A stretch of 64,000 nt of DNA. Origin: Candidatus Saccharimonadota bacterium. GTDB lineage: Bacteria; Patescibacteriota; Saccharimonadia; Saccharimonadales; Saccharimonadaceae. The position numbers were made by a program, and so were the translations under genes. Position 1 is the stretch's first letter, and every line of letters starts with the position of its first letter. Below the pieces are notes generated by a model. It did not search any database. It was not told where the DNA came from and was given only the letters and a program-made list of their open reading frames with translations. This document shows positions 53,144 to 62,997 of this stretch, one piece after another. The stretch is from contig JAFRKC010000003.1 of NCBI GenBank assembly GCA_017431955.1, positions 3,299-67,298 on the forward strand, read 5' to 3'.

Positions 53144-53229
53144 TAAATAACAACTCCTTTATTTGTTTATCGCTTTACGACAAAAGCGACGATTCCTATA
53201 ATAGCAAAAAATTTTTGATATGGCAAATT

Positions 53230-54858
53230 TTATTTAAGATTTCTGAAAACAATCTTTTTGACTTTTTCGACAAATGGACGAACTTCGGAAAGTTTAAGTA
53301 TGTAGCTGAAAATTAGATAGGTCAATGTGCTAACTGCTGTAATAATACAGAACTTCGGGAAGGTTGAAAGGAAGGAATTATCAGTGGCACGGAGTGGAAG
53401 AAGCTTGGTCATTAAATAAGCAACTACGCCAGTAACGGCCGTGGTTATGAGCATGCGGAATAAACCAATCCAAAAGCTTCTGTTTAAAACTTTGCCTTTT
53501 GATTGGAATTGCAAAATAGCGAGCAAGATGATGATTTCTAGAACTGCGCCGATAGACTGGGCCCAACCTAGGCCAGTGACGCCGAGATTCATGTTGTAGA
53601 ACAAAACTGAAAGAGCAATGGTCGCGCCGATGGAAAAGATAGAAACGATGAGCGGAGTTTTGGTGTTTTGTTTGGCATAAAATCCGCGAGTAGCAATATG
53701 GAAAATTGAGTGAGCAAAAATTGCAACAATCAAAGTGCCAAGAATGTCAGCAATGCGGCGATCACCACCGTTTTTAATGAAGTTAACGACATAACCACGA
53801 CCAAAGTAGGCAATGGTTACTACTGGCAAAGTAATCCACGTGATGGTTCTGAGTGCAGTGCGGAAAGTATCATAGAATTTTTCGTCATCTCCGCTGCCGG
53901 TTTCTTCGGTCATTTTTGGGAAGAAAGCGGTAGAAATAGCAACGCCGATGAGGCTAACTGGCATTTGATGCAAACTTGATGCTTGCTGGAAAGACCTCAA
54001 AGCGCCGGTGCCCATTCTAGAAGATAGGTTAGTGCTAACAAGGCCGTTGACGTAATCGATTCCCTGGTCGAGCGAGCGGGCTGGGAGAAGTTTTAACACG
54101 GATCTAAAGCCTTGGTTTTTCCAATTAATTTTGAAATCGTAATCAAAACCTAAACCAAACAAACCAATCAGGCTGATAATCAATTGCAGAACGGCGCCAA
54201 ATACTACACCAAGAGCAACGCCCATGATCCCACCTTCAAAGAGTTGCAAACCAAAAATATTGATGCCGCCAGTAAATACTGTGATACCAACTAGAATGCC
54301 GATATTGTAAAGTGCTGGAGCGAGCGCATAAAATACAAAACGCCCAACGGCTTGTTGAATGGAGCATAAAATAGTGGAGATAGAAAACAGGAACGGGTTA
54401 ATAGCAATCACGCGCATCATGTTGATGGCGAGAATAGTACCAGATTCGTCGAGACCTGGGCTAACCACATAACGCACGAGTGGATCGGCAAAAATCATAA
54501 TCAAAACCGAAGCAACTAAAGTGACCATAGCCATTAGATTTAAAATTCCAGAAGAAAGTTCCCAGGCGGATTTTTTGTTGCCAGTGATAAGGCGTTGGTT
54601 AAAAACCGGAATAAACGAAACGGCGAGGGCGCCAGATGTGAGAATGAAAAACATGAAATCTGGAATGGTGAAGGCGGCAGTATAGGCATCAATGCCGGCT
54701 GGATAAGTATCTAAATAGTAAGAGTTTAAAAGACGGTCGCGGAAGATGCCAAGAAGCGCAGAAGCAAGAGTGGAGCTAGCAAGAATAATGGCGGCGGATT
54801 TGATAGAAAGTTTGGAGTTTACGAGAGTAACAACCGATTTAAACTTGAAATGCTTCAT
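53230..54858 (-). CDS. murJ: Lipid II flippase MurJ (MviN)
   Basis: LGIFRDRLL, AAFTIPDF, GALAVSFIPVF, PVSLIGVAISTAFFP, FYAKQNTKTP; multi-TM. Confidence 0.95.
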   Translation of the reverse strand: MKHFKFKSVVTLVNSKLSIKSAAIILASSTLASALLGIFRDRLLNSYYLDTYPAGIDAYTAAFTIPDFMFFILTSGALAVSFIPVFNQRLITGNKKSAWELSSGILNLMAMVTLVASVLIMIFADPLVRYVVSPGLDESGTILAINMMRVIAINPFLFSISTILCSIQQAVGRFVFYALAPALYNIGILVGITVFTGGINIFGLQLFEGGIMGVALGVVFGAVLQLIISLIGLFGLGFDYDFKINWKNQGFRSVLKLLPARSLDQGIDYVNGLVSTNLSSRMGTGALRSFQQASSLHQMPVSLIGVAISTAFFPKMTEETGSGDDEKFYDTFRTALRTITWITLPVVTIAYFGRGYVVNFIKNGGDRRIADILGTLIVAIFAHSIFHIATRGFYAKQNTKTPLIVSIFSIGATIALSVLFYNMNLGVTGLGWAQSIGAVLEIIILLAILQFQSKGKVLNRSFWIGLFRMLITTAVTGVVAYLMTKLLPLRATDNSFLSTFPKFCIITAVSTLTYLIFSYILKLSEVRPFVEKVKKIVFRNLK

Positions 54859-54905
54859 TACTTAATTATACCATAGACCACCTGTCTAAAATATTATAAA
54901 GTAAT

Positions 54906-54970
54906 CAAAAAACTATCTGGGACACGCTTGAGGCCGCTCGGCCAAGCTTATGGTACCAGATAGTATTTTG
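54906..54970 (+). repeat. Intergenic full copy of the palindromic repeat (between ftsH and murJ)
   Basis: Core GGGACACGCTTGAGGCCGCTCGGCCAAGCTTATGGTACC (54919-54957); arms CAAAAAACTATCTGG/CCAGATAGTATTTTG (14/15 paired). Confidence 0.85.
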
Positions 54971-54978
54971 ATCACTTA

Positions 54979-56889
54979 TTAGTGCAGTTTTGCGGCGGCT
55001 GGGAGAGTGGCCTCTTTTAAAATTGGGGCGAGATCTTTTTCTTCTAACGTCTCATGGTCTAGAAGGGCTTGAGCTAATCGATCTAGAACTTTGGTATTTG
55101 CTTTTAGGACTGCCTCAGCGCGCGTAGCAGCTTCGTCAGTAAGAGCTTTGATTTCTTGATCGATAATTTCGGCGGTTTTTTCAGAATATGGCTTGCCAGT
55201 ACTGATAGTGTAGTAGCCGGTGTCTTGATCTGGAAAAACGCGGTTTCTGGTGGTTTTACCCATACCTTCTTCAATAATCATGCTTTTAGATAGTTCGGCA
55301 ACATTCTTAAGATCGGAGCTGGCGCCAGTAGTAATATTATCAACGCCAAAAGTAATTTTTTCGGCAACGCGGCCACCCATAGCGCGAGCAAGGACGTCTT
55401 TGAGCTCGAACACGCTCTTGTAGCTGCGATCTTCTGGTGGAATAAACCAAGTAACACCACCGGTTTGGCCACGTGGAATAATGGTGACCTTGTGAACTGG
55501 ATCAGAGTTTGGCAAAACATGACCAACAATAGCGTGGCCAGCTTCATGATAGGCAGTGATTTTGCGTTCTTCATCATTCATAACTTTAGATTTGCGTTCT
55601 GGGCCAATAGCAACGCGTTCGAAGGCTTCGGTAACGTCGGCGTTGGTGATTTCTTTGTGACTCTCGCGAGCGGCGGTGATAGCGGCTTCGTTGGCGATGT
55701 TGGCGAGATCGGCACCAGAGCTACCGGCAGTTTTGGCAGCGAGAGAATCTAAGTTAACATCTTTCGCGACTGGTTTATTCTTGAAGTGAACTTTAAGAAT
55801 TGCGAGACGATCTTTGCGCTCTGGTAAAGTGACGTTGATATGACGATCGAAACGGCCTGGGCGAAGAAGAGCTTTATCAAGCATATCAACGCGGTTGGTA
55901 GCGGCGATGACAATCACGCCAGATTCGTTGTCGAAACCATCCATCTCGACCAAGATTTGGTTTAGAGTTTGTTCGTCTTCGCGGCCGGCGCCACCACGAG
56001 CATCACGTTTGTGGGCGACGGCATCAATTTCATCGATAAAGATAATACTTGGAGCGTTTTTCTTGGCTTTGTTAAATAAGTCGCGCACGCGGGAAGCGCC
56101 AACACCAACAAACATCTCGGCAAATTCAGAGCCGGAAATTGAGAAGAATGGAACGTTGGCTTCGCCAGCAACAGCGCGAGCCATCAAAGTTTTACCAGTA
56201 CCTGGATCGCCGGCTAGAAGTACTCCGCGAGGGATTTTGGCACCGAGGGTTTCGTATTTTTTAGGTTTTTTAAGGAAGTCTACAATTTCGGCCAAGTCTT
56301 GTTTGGCAGATTCGTTGCCAGCAACATCATCAAAGACAACTTTCTTTTTGTCTGGGCCATAAAGTTTAGCCTTGGCTTTGCCGAAGCCGATGGATTGGTT
56401 GTTGATGTTTTGAGCTTGTTTCATCATGCGACCAAAGAAGAAAATAATAATAATGATCGGTACGGCGATAAGGGCGATGTCAAAAACGATACCCCAAACG
56501 TCGGTTTCTTCTACGTATTCAATGGTAGGATATTTTGCTTGGCAGGTGGTTAACATTTCGCCACTATAACCAGCGCATTGATCGATTAGGCCTTGGTCGT
56601 AAAGAGTGCCATGAGGATCTTTGCGAGAAGATTGAGTTGGGTAATCTTGACCTTTTAAAGTGATTTCTAGGTTGCTGCCGATAACGGTGATTTTTTCGAT
56701 GTCGCCATTTTCGTCGTTAGCTCTGGCGATAACGTCAGAGATTGGCTTTTCTTCTAGTTGAATATTGGTGTTGAGTGAAGCAAACAAGGCGAGACAGCAA
56801 AAGATTGCAAGGGTAGCAAATAAAATACTACGAATAGTGTTGCTGGCGCTTTTGTTTGAATTTTTCTTAGCTGCTTGAGGTGATGTCAC
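54979..56889 (-). CDS. ftsH: ATP-dependent zinc metalloprotease FtsH
   Basis: [42 protein letters not shown]; probable GTG start 56889 after AAGGAG (the ORF-track extension runs into the tRNA). Confidence 0.97.
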   Translation of the reverse strand: MTSPQAAKKNSNKSASNTIRSILFATLAIFCCLALFASLNTNIQLEEKPISDVIARANDENGDIEKITVIGSNLEITLKGQDYPTQSSRKDPHGTLYDQGLIDQCAGYSGEMLTTCQAKYPTIEYVEETDVWGIVFDIALIAVPIIIIIFFFGRMMKQAQNINNQSIGFGKAKAKLYGPDKKKVVFDDVAGNESAKQDLAEIVDFLKKPKKYETLGAKIPRGVLLAGDPGTGKTLMARAVAGEANVPFFSISGSEFAEMFVGVGASRVRDLFNKAKKNAPSIIFIDEIDAVAHKRDARGGAGREDEQTLNQILVEMDGFDNESGVIVIAATNRVDMLDKALLRPGRFDRHINVTLPERKDRLAILKVHFKNKPVAKDVNLDSLAAKTAGSSGADLANIANEAAITAARESHKEITNADVTEAFERVAIGPERKSKVMNDEERKITAYHEAGHAIVGHVLPNSDPVHKVTIIPRGQTGGVTWFIPPEDRSYKSVFELKDVLARAMGGRVAEKITFGVDNITTGASSDLKNVAELSKSMIIEEGMGKTTRNRVFPDQDTGYYTISTGKPYSEKTAEIIDQEIKALTDEAATRAEAVLKANTKVLDRLAQALLDHETLEEKDLAPILKEATLPAAAKLH

Positions 56890-57090
56890 GATGAAAAACT
56901 CCTTAAATAGTATATCTATTGTAGCATAAAAACAAAAAACTTGCCTTACGGCAAGTTCCGATTCCGTGGTAAATTTGCCTCGCGCGCATTCGCGCATGAG
57001 TTTGCCTTTCCATAATTTGTTTGTGGTAGAGCTTCCTTGCTCGCTAAGCTCGCAAGACTGCTCTTCCAAAACAATCCGCAGGGATTGTTT

Positions 57091-57166
57091 TGGTCGGGGT
57101 GACAGGACTCGAACCTGCGACCTCAACTTCCCAAAAGTTGCGCGCTACCAACTGTGCTACACCCCG
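57091..57166 (-). tRNA. tRNA-Pro(TGG)
   Basis: CGGGGTG/CACCCCG acceptor, CAACT-TTTGGGA-AGTTG anticodon arm, CCA. Confidence 0.95.
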
Positions 57167-57222
57167 TGTAGTATTATTATATCACAAGCGCGCAACTTTT
57201 ACAATTTAAAGAAGTTGACAGA

Positions 57223-60200
57223 TTATTTTCTTGATTTAATCTTTTTGTAGGTGAATGCTCCGGCTAGTGAAGCGACTAGGGCCAAGGAAATCGTGGCTAT
57301 TGCAGCAGATGAGCCGAAGTGACCGAAGCCGTGGTTCCCCGCTCCAGGCTTGTTATCAGTAGGGCCACCATCTGAGCCAGGAACGCTAGGAGTGTCTTCT
57401 TTACTGCCTGGTTCGTCGGTACCACCGTTTGGATCAGTCGGATTATCAGGATCGTCGGTGCCACCATTTGGATCGGTTGGATCATCTGGACTATCGTTGT
57501 TCCCGCCTGGGTTATTCGGGTCATCTGGGTTGCCCATGTTGCCTGGATCGTCTGGATCATCGTTACCACCAGACCTTGTAACGGCGAATACGCTAGGTAC
57601 AACCACATCTTCATCTTCGGTTGGTTCGTCGAAATAAACATCTATGGTATGTGGTCCAACTGACAAGGTGTCAAGATAAGAATCTTGAAGCGTGACAATA
57701 GTGCTGCCTGAAGTAATAACATAATCGGTATCTTCGGTGATTGCTTCACCGTCAACCTTCACTACGTGGTTAAAGTAATTAACGTTGACGTCAATAATAA
57801 GGGAAAGCTTGTCGTCATCTGCGCCAATCTCATATGTGTCTTTGTCCTCATGCCATGCGTAGTCAATAGTATACTCTTGTTGATTAAAGACTGGAGTATA
57901 AGTTACATCGCCCGATGCATTAGGAATCTCGTCGCTGGCGTAGGTGTTTTCGCCATCCGTCCAACCGACAAACTCATATTGATACTTTGGAGTAGTCTCC
58001 TTAGTTGGGGTGATTTCTGGCGCCAACACCTCGTCGCCATCGTGATAGGTGGTGGGCTCGCCGATAGGAGTATTATCTTCATTGCTAAAGGAGATAGTCC
58101 AGTCTTTTTGCTCGAAGATGCGAATCTTTTTCAAGGCATTTGCGTAACGTTGCATCTGATAAGGCTCACCAGTTTCTTCATTTATGACTGGCTCGCCAGT
58201 TTCCGGATCAATATAGTCATAGCTTTCAACGATTAGATCGCCGTCACTTAATGTGGCCATTGATGAATTTTCTTCACCAAACATTGCTCCGGAAATTTCG
58301 GACACTTTTAAGTTTTCTGGATCTATATAAACGGTGCCGTTTTCTCCTTCATAGGTAACAACCATTTTACTGGTGTCGACATAGATTGCTGATTCGCTAT
58401 ATTCCACCGCACCTTCATCGCCCATCTTGGCGACCATAATTGCCGATGGCATGTTTTCAACCATGACTCCTGCTTCCTCCATCATTTCGCCTAGGTAACC
58501 TATTGTCATTGCAGTCTTCATAAGCTTCGGGTAATCTCTGGAAAGACGTGATTTACAATCAGTACCATCATCATCGGTTGCAAACGGAGCTATTGTGTAT
58601 GTATATGGTTCTAATCCAGAAGCTTCGCGTTCGGAATTTATACTTTCTAGAACATCTGCGAACGACTCCAATCCGGAATTTGTAGCTGTTATTGTTGAAT
58701 TAATGCTCGGTATACCCTCTGCTGAACAGCTAGCATTCACCCATGCTTCTTCTGTTTCGTACTCTCCTATTGTTTGTGACATTGTTTCTTGTACCTGAGC
58801 ATCTATCATTGAGCCATACATAGATAAGTATATGCCTATAAAACTTTCCACGGTTGGAGCGGAGAGTGTAACATCGCCGCCATTGAATGCCACTCCTGCC
58901 TCAGTTGGAAGCATGTCTAAGCTAACTCCATATCTTTCTTCAACATAGCTAGAGAAATTATTATGAAATAGTTCAGTATAATCGTTTATTAATTTATCTT
59001 TACATTCATCTACGCTTTCGTAAGAGAATGCGGGGCCATTTTGATATTGGCTAATATCACTATAATAATTAGCGCAGATAGTATCTTTATAGTTATTTAA
59101 TGAACTGATAGCACTACTGAGTTGTTGTGCTTCAAAATCTTCAAGAGTACCAGGATACATCACGATGAGTGGATAACCTCCGCCGATATCGGCTATACCA
59201 CCATTAAAGACTACGTAGCCGCCTCTGCCATACATTCCCTGTACCATTAACATAGCCGTATTGACCGTACCACCATTTTGGATAAATACCATATCTGGCA
59301 CAAGTTGCGGCGCATTAAGTTCGCCGTCATTAACAATAATAGATCTGGCCGACACGCCACTTTTTACGTTAACTTCGCCGCCATTCATGGTAAAGATTTC
59401 AAAGCTTTCACTTTCGCCGTTATCTCCTCCGATATTGACTGTCCCTCCTTCTATCGTTATGTCGTTTGAAGAACTGTACATGTCCAAGATTGCGATGTTG
59501 CCATCTTTTATGATTGCGGCACCATCTCCAGGAAGAGATAGTTCACTAATATTAAGCGTGCCGCCATTTACTGTAAGTTCTCCGGGATTGTCATAGGTCC
59601 CGGAGCAAATTGCAGCGTCAATATATATATTGCCGTTGTCTACCTCTTCGCGTCCAATAATTATTGCGGAATTCGAATTAATGTCCCCATATGAGTCATT
59701 ACTATTCCCTATAAAAGTGCCGCCCTCGATCGTAAGGTTGGCCCCCTTGACGTTTATGAGATAGGAGTTCTCATTACTCTTGCTTAAGCTTCCGTCGCCG
59801 GAGATAATGATTGGAGTATTAGAGCTGTTAATATTTGAAACGTTATCACCTTGCAAAACTATAGTTACTGGAAATTCGCCATTTTTGACTTCAATATCTA
59901 GATAGTTATAGTTGTTTAGAGTTAAAGTTTTGGTGGGGGCATACCAACTTATCCCCTCAACATCTCCGACCGCTTCTCCGTTGGCATAATATAGGCTATC
60001 ATTTTCGACAATAATGGAATTTTTGATGTACCCACCATAAACATATATATCGCTAGTAACTGGAGTATTTAAATCAAAACCTTCTATTTGGGCATAATTA
60101 CTATATGTTCTGGCTGACAGATTCGTTAACACGCAACTTTTGCTTTGGTTAGTGGATTTTAGATTGATAGTATTACCATAAGCAAGTATTTCTCGGCTAT

Positions 60201-62211
60201 AAAGAGTGCCATTTTGTTCAAGTTGAGGTATCACCGTATTATCTACGCCGCACGTATTGCTATCATAGTTAACATCATAATAAACTGTATATTGCTGATG
60301 TTGCATCTTTGCCCATAGGAAATCGAATGTACCGACTTGTTCTGGCTCGAGAGTGAAGCCTGGTGCGAGTTTAGTGGTAGTGCTATAAACTCTTTCACCA
60401 TTTTCAATAGTACCAGTATACCAGCCGTCAAAAACGTACCCGCTTTCGCTAATCGCAGGGGTGTTGGTGGCTTCGTCAACAAAGAGTGCTACTGTACCAC
60501 GATCCTGAGGTTCCCCGATTTGGGTCTCACCTTCATAAGCAATGGTGTAAATTGGGGTGTCGTATTGGATTTTAGTATAAGCGCCATAATAGTCCCAATC
60601 TCTGTCAGACGACGGACTTGCATCTGCTGGCGGTATTTGCGTAAGTTCTTCATCTAAATACCAGCCGTTGAAATTATACCCGACAAACGTGTTATAATCC
60701 TCTATACTTCCGAAGACTTCATTCTTGGCAGCAATGGTTCTATTGGCTTTATCGGTTTCATAATTATTTGGATACTGTGTATTCGAATGGACTAATTTCT
60801 TTGGTTTAACATCGGAGACTATATGGTAATTAATGTTGTGGTATTCCGTGTTGTCTTTATATTCATAAAAATTACCATAAAAATCGGAAAAGATATAGGT
60901 GCCTGAAATAGTGCCCGGTACGGACGTGACGAGCTCTTTCCAGGGCGATGAATCAATATGGGTCCAAATTACATTACCGTCGCCATCCATCTTTTGGATA
61001 AAATGTCTATATCTAGAATAGGTAAAAATCCAACTTTCATTATCGCTGCCGTCACCTATGATAAATGCTCTACCATAAAAGAGATATTGGTTATCTGAAG
61101 TGCTAATCACTCTCGTGCAAAATCTATTTTGTTGGTTAGCTAAATTAAGATCCGTGCTGCCATTGTTCCAAGTTCCGGAACCAACATTCCAGCCACTACC
61201 TCCATTCGTATAAGCATTCACGAAATTTTCGCCATAATCATATTCTAACGTTTTAAATGGTTTATAACTTATAACGTCGCGCATGGTACTATAAGTACAT
61301 TTAGATACTCCCACATACTCGCCAGCAACAGCTTGTGCAACAGTACCGTCGCTACTAATTAAGCCGGCACCCTCAATAGTTTTAATCCCGCCATTTTCAA
61401 GGTCGAGTTCAAATAGTTTATAGGCACTAATAACATATCTATTATCGAGCGTCTTAAATATTGTGCCGGCGATAGAGCCTGTGTTTGTTTGGAAATTTTG
61501 GACTATGTTTTCTGAACAGAGCTTTTCTCCTGATTGGCAATTAGATTCAGCCGAATAGTTTAGTTCCAATGCAAAGGATTTGCCCTCCAAATGGCCCGTG
61601 GTTTGCGTGCCTCGATACTTATCATAGTGGCCCACGATAAATACTCGGCCGCTGTCTGTCATAATTAAATCATCGAGCACGGTCTGGTGGGCATTACTAT
61701 CACTCATGTACCCTGCATATTCGAATAACATGCTCTCTGTCTCAACGAAATCATCATTTTCGTCCTTTTCAAAACGAGAAATAAAACCCTGGTATTTGTT
61801 GGTGCCATTAGCGGAAGATCCATATATACGGCGCCCTACGGCAAGCAATTCACTATCCGATACTTCTACAACAGACCAGAAGACGGTCCTGGCTGTCTGC
61901 GAGAAAACAACCCAATCCTTTTCCATTCCACCTTCAACTTCCCTGAATTTTTCTATGGCGGCATGATTTTGGTTGCTCCCGTTGCTGCCGTATCCATTAC
62001 GGATATAACCCCCGTCCTGGGTTTGTACCATCTTATTCGGGATTATAGCGTCGGTCGCATTTTCATTATAGCTTTGCGTCCACACAAGTTCGTAGAGTGG
62101 ATCCCCACCTTCGGCGCGGACGTTCAAAAAGACGCCAAAAAACAGGGCGACGGCGCCAAGTATTGGCAAGATTTTTATTAGTTTACGATAGTGCTTTTTT
62201 GGAAGTTCCAT
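57223..62211 (-). CDS. Giant surface protein, paralog of 44058-48053, with PGAGNHG-TM-basic tail
   Basis: LVWTQ...QDGGY, GYNFNGWY/GYVFDGWY repeats, WYAPTKTLTLNNY, xxxGG beta-helix repeats, Ig-like YVITSGSTIVTL...LSVGPHTIDVYF, DP/GG linker; start MELPKK after TATAAC-N6. Confidence 0.8.
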   Translation of the reverse strand: MELPKKHYRKLIKILPILGAVALFFGVFLNVRAEGGDPLYELVWTQSYNENATDAIIPNKMVQTQDGGYIRNGYGSNGSNQNHAAIEKFREVEGGMEKDWVVFSQTARTVFWSVVEVSDSELLAVGRRIYGSSANGTNKYQGFISRFEKDENDDFVETESMLFEYAGYMSDSNAHQTVLDDLIMTDSGRVFIVGHYDKYRGTQTTGHLEGKSFALELNYSAESNCQSGEKLCSENIVQNFQTNTGSIAGTIFKTLDNRYVISAYKLFELDLENGGIKTIEGAGLISSDGTVAQAVAGEYVGVSKCTYSTMRDVISYKPFKTLEYDYGENFVNAYTNGGSGWNVGSGTWNNGSTDLNLANQQNRFCTRVISTSDNQYLFYGRAFIIGDGSDNESWIFTYSRYRHFIQKMDGDGNVIWTHIDSSPWKELVTSVPGTISGTYIFSDFYGNFYEYKDNTEYHNINYHIVSDVKPKKLVHSNTQYPNNYETDKANRTIAAKNEVFGSIEDYNTFVGYNFNGWYLDEELTQIPPADASPSSDRDWDYYGAYTKIQYDTPIYTIAYEGETQIGEPQDRGTVALFVDEATNTPAISESGYVFDGWYTGTIENGERVYSTTTKLAPGFTLEPEQVGTFDFLWAKMQHQQYTVYYDVNYDSNTCGVDNTVIPQLEQNGTLYSREILAYGNTINLKSTNQSKSCVLTNLSARTYSNYAQIEGFDLNTPVTSDIYVYGGYIKNSIIVENDSLYYANGEAVGDVEGISWYAPTKTLTLNNYNYLDIEVKNGEFPVTIVLQGDNVSNINSSNTPIIISGDGSLSKSNENSYLINVKGANLTIEGGTFIGNSNDSYGDINSNSAIIIGREEVDNGNIYIDAAICSGTYDNPGELTVNGGTLNISELSLPGDGAAIIKDGNIAILDMYSSSNDITIEGGTVNIGGDNGESESFEIFTMNGGEVNVKSGVSARSIIVNDGELNAPQLVPDMVFIQNGGTVNTAMLMVQGMYGRGGYVVFNGGIADIGGGYPLIVMYPGTLEDFEAQQLSSAISSLNNYKDTICANYYSDISQYQNGPAFSYESVDECKDKLINDYTELFHNNFSSYVEERYGVSLDMLPTEAGVAFNGGDVTLSAPTVESFIGIYLSMYGSMIDAQVQETMSQTIGEYETEEAWVNASCSAEGIPSINSTITATNSGLESFADVLESINSEREASGLEPYTYTIAPFATDDDGTDCKSRLSRDYPKLMKTAMTIGYLGEMMEEAGVMVENMPSAIMVAKMGDEGAVEYSESAIYVDTSKMVVTYEGENGTVYIDPENLKVSEISGAMFGEENSSMATLSDGDLIVESYDYIDPETGEPVINEETGEPYQMQRYANALKKIRIFEQKDWTISFSNEDNTPIGEPTTYHDGDEVLAPEITPTKETTPKYQYEFVGWTDGENTYASDEIPNASGDVTYTPVFNQQEYTIDYAWHEDKDTYEIGADDDKLSLIIDVNVNYFNHVVKVDGEAITEDTDYVITSGSTIVTLQDSYLDTLSVGPHTIDVYFDEPTEDEDVVVPSVFAVTRSGGNDDPDDPGNMGNPDDPNNPGGNNDSPDDPTDPNGGTDDPDNPTDPNGGTDEPGSKEDTPSVPGSDGGPTDNKPGAGNHGFGHFGSSAAIATISLALVASLAGAFTYKKIKSRK

Positions 62212-62388
62212 GGGAGAGTTATACCTCAAAAATTAAAAATTGATATACTCCAAATTCTCTTGAGTTTATATTAACATAAGGTTTTTGCAATAGCAAGCTT
62301 ATTTGCAACTTTTTTTGCGAAAAGCAAGTAGGGCGGAGGCTGACGCTGGAGTTTTGGGGGAGTTTTTGGTAAAATAAAGTGGTTATTT

Positions 62389-62464
62389 CTGGGTGTGGCG
62401 CAGTTGGTAGCGCGCAGCGTTCGGGACGCTGAGGTCGCCCGTTCAAGTCGGGTCACCCAGACCA
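62389..62464 (+). tRNA. tRNA-Pro(CGG)
   Basis: CTGGGTG/CACCCAG acceptor, CAGCG-TTCGGGA-CGCTG anticodon arm, CCA. Confidence 0.95.
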
Positions 62465-62476
62465 TTTTTTATGTTT

Positions 62477-62941
62477 TTAGTCTGATTCTTCTTTGATGTA
62501 GGTTTTTTCGGTATTAAATTGGGTTTTAACGATGAGTTTGTTGTCTTCGATGCGATATTCTAGTTCGGTTGTGGTACCACTTTTGTCGCGAGTAATGGCA
62601 ACTGAGCTTCCGTTGTCTTTGTAGTGGAACGATATCGGTGTACCGATGCCAATGCCATAGGTGCCGGTGCCGTCTTCTTTAAATTCATAAACCCAAATAT
62701 CGTTTTCCTGAGTCCAGGTGCCGATAAGTTTACTTCTAAAAGAAAAGATAAGAACCGCGATAGAAAGGCCAGCAACAATACCAACAATAGCAGCAATAGG
62801 AATAATTATCTTAAGTGGAGCTTTGCGACGACGCTTGGTGACTTTTTTATTTGATTTTTTATCTGAAGCTTTATCTGGAATTTCGCTGTTTGGCTCTTTG
62901 ATGTTTTTACCGGTATATTTGTCTTTGACTTCGATCTGCAT
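62477..62941 (-). CDS. Hypothetical membrane-anchored protein with small beta-barrel (lipocalin-like) domain
   Basis: TM at ~aa 43-66; LIGTW...YEFKEDGTGTY...YRIEDNKLIV; GGAGG SD. Confidence 0.7.
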   Translation of the reverse strand: MQIEVKDKYTGKNIKEPNSEIPDKASDKKSNKKVTKRRRKAPLKIIIPIAAIVGIVAGLSIAVLIFSFRSKLIGTWTQENDIWVYEFKEDGTGTYGIGIGTPISFHYKDNGSSVAITRDKSGTTTELEYRIEDNKLIVKTQFNTEKTYIKEESD

Positions 62942-62997
62942 TTAAAAAATAACCTCCGTAATATATAAGAAATTATACATAAGAAATTTTGAAAAGT

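Noticed and set aside
56890-57126. N-terminal extension of ftsH in the ORF track (715 aa)
   Set aside because: It runs through tRNA-Pro and hairpins; an SD plus GTG at 56889 gives a normal FtsH start.
5872-61966. Numerous 60-230-aa ORFs antisense or out of frame to large genes (e.g. 5872-6285, 29115-29717, 30659-31327, 30799-31479, 55895-56362)
   Set aside because: They are shadows of well-supported genes, with no independent motifs or expression signals.
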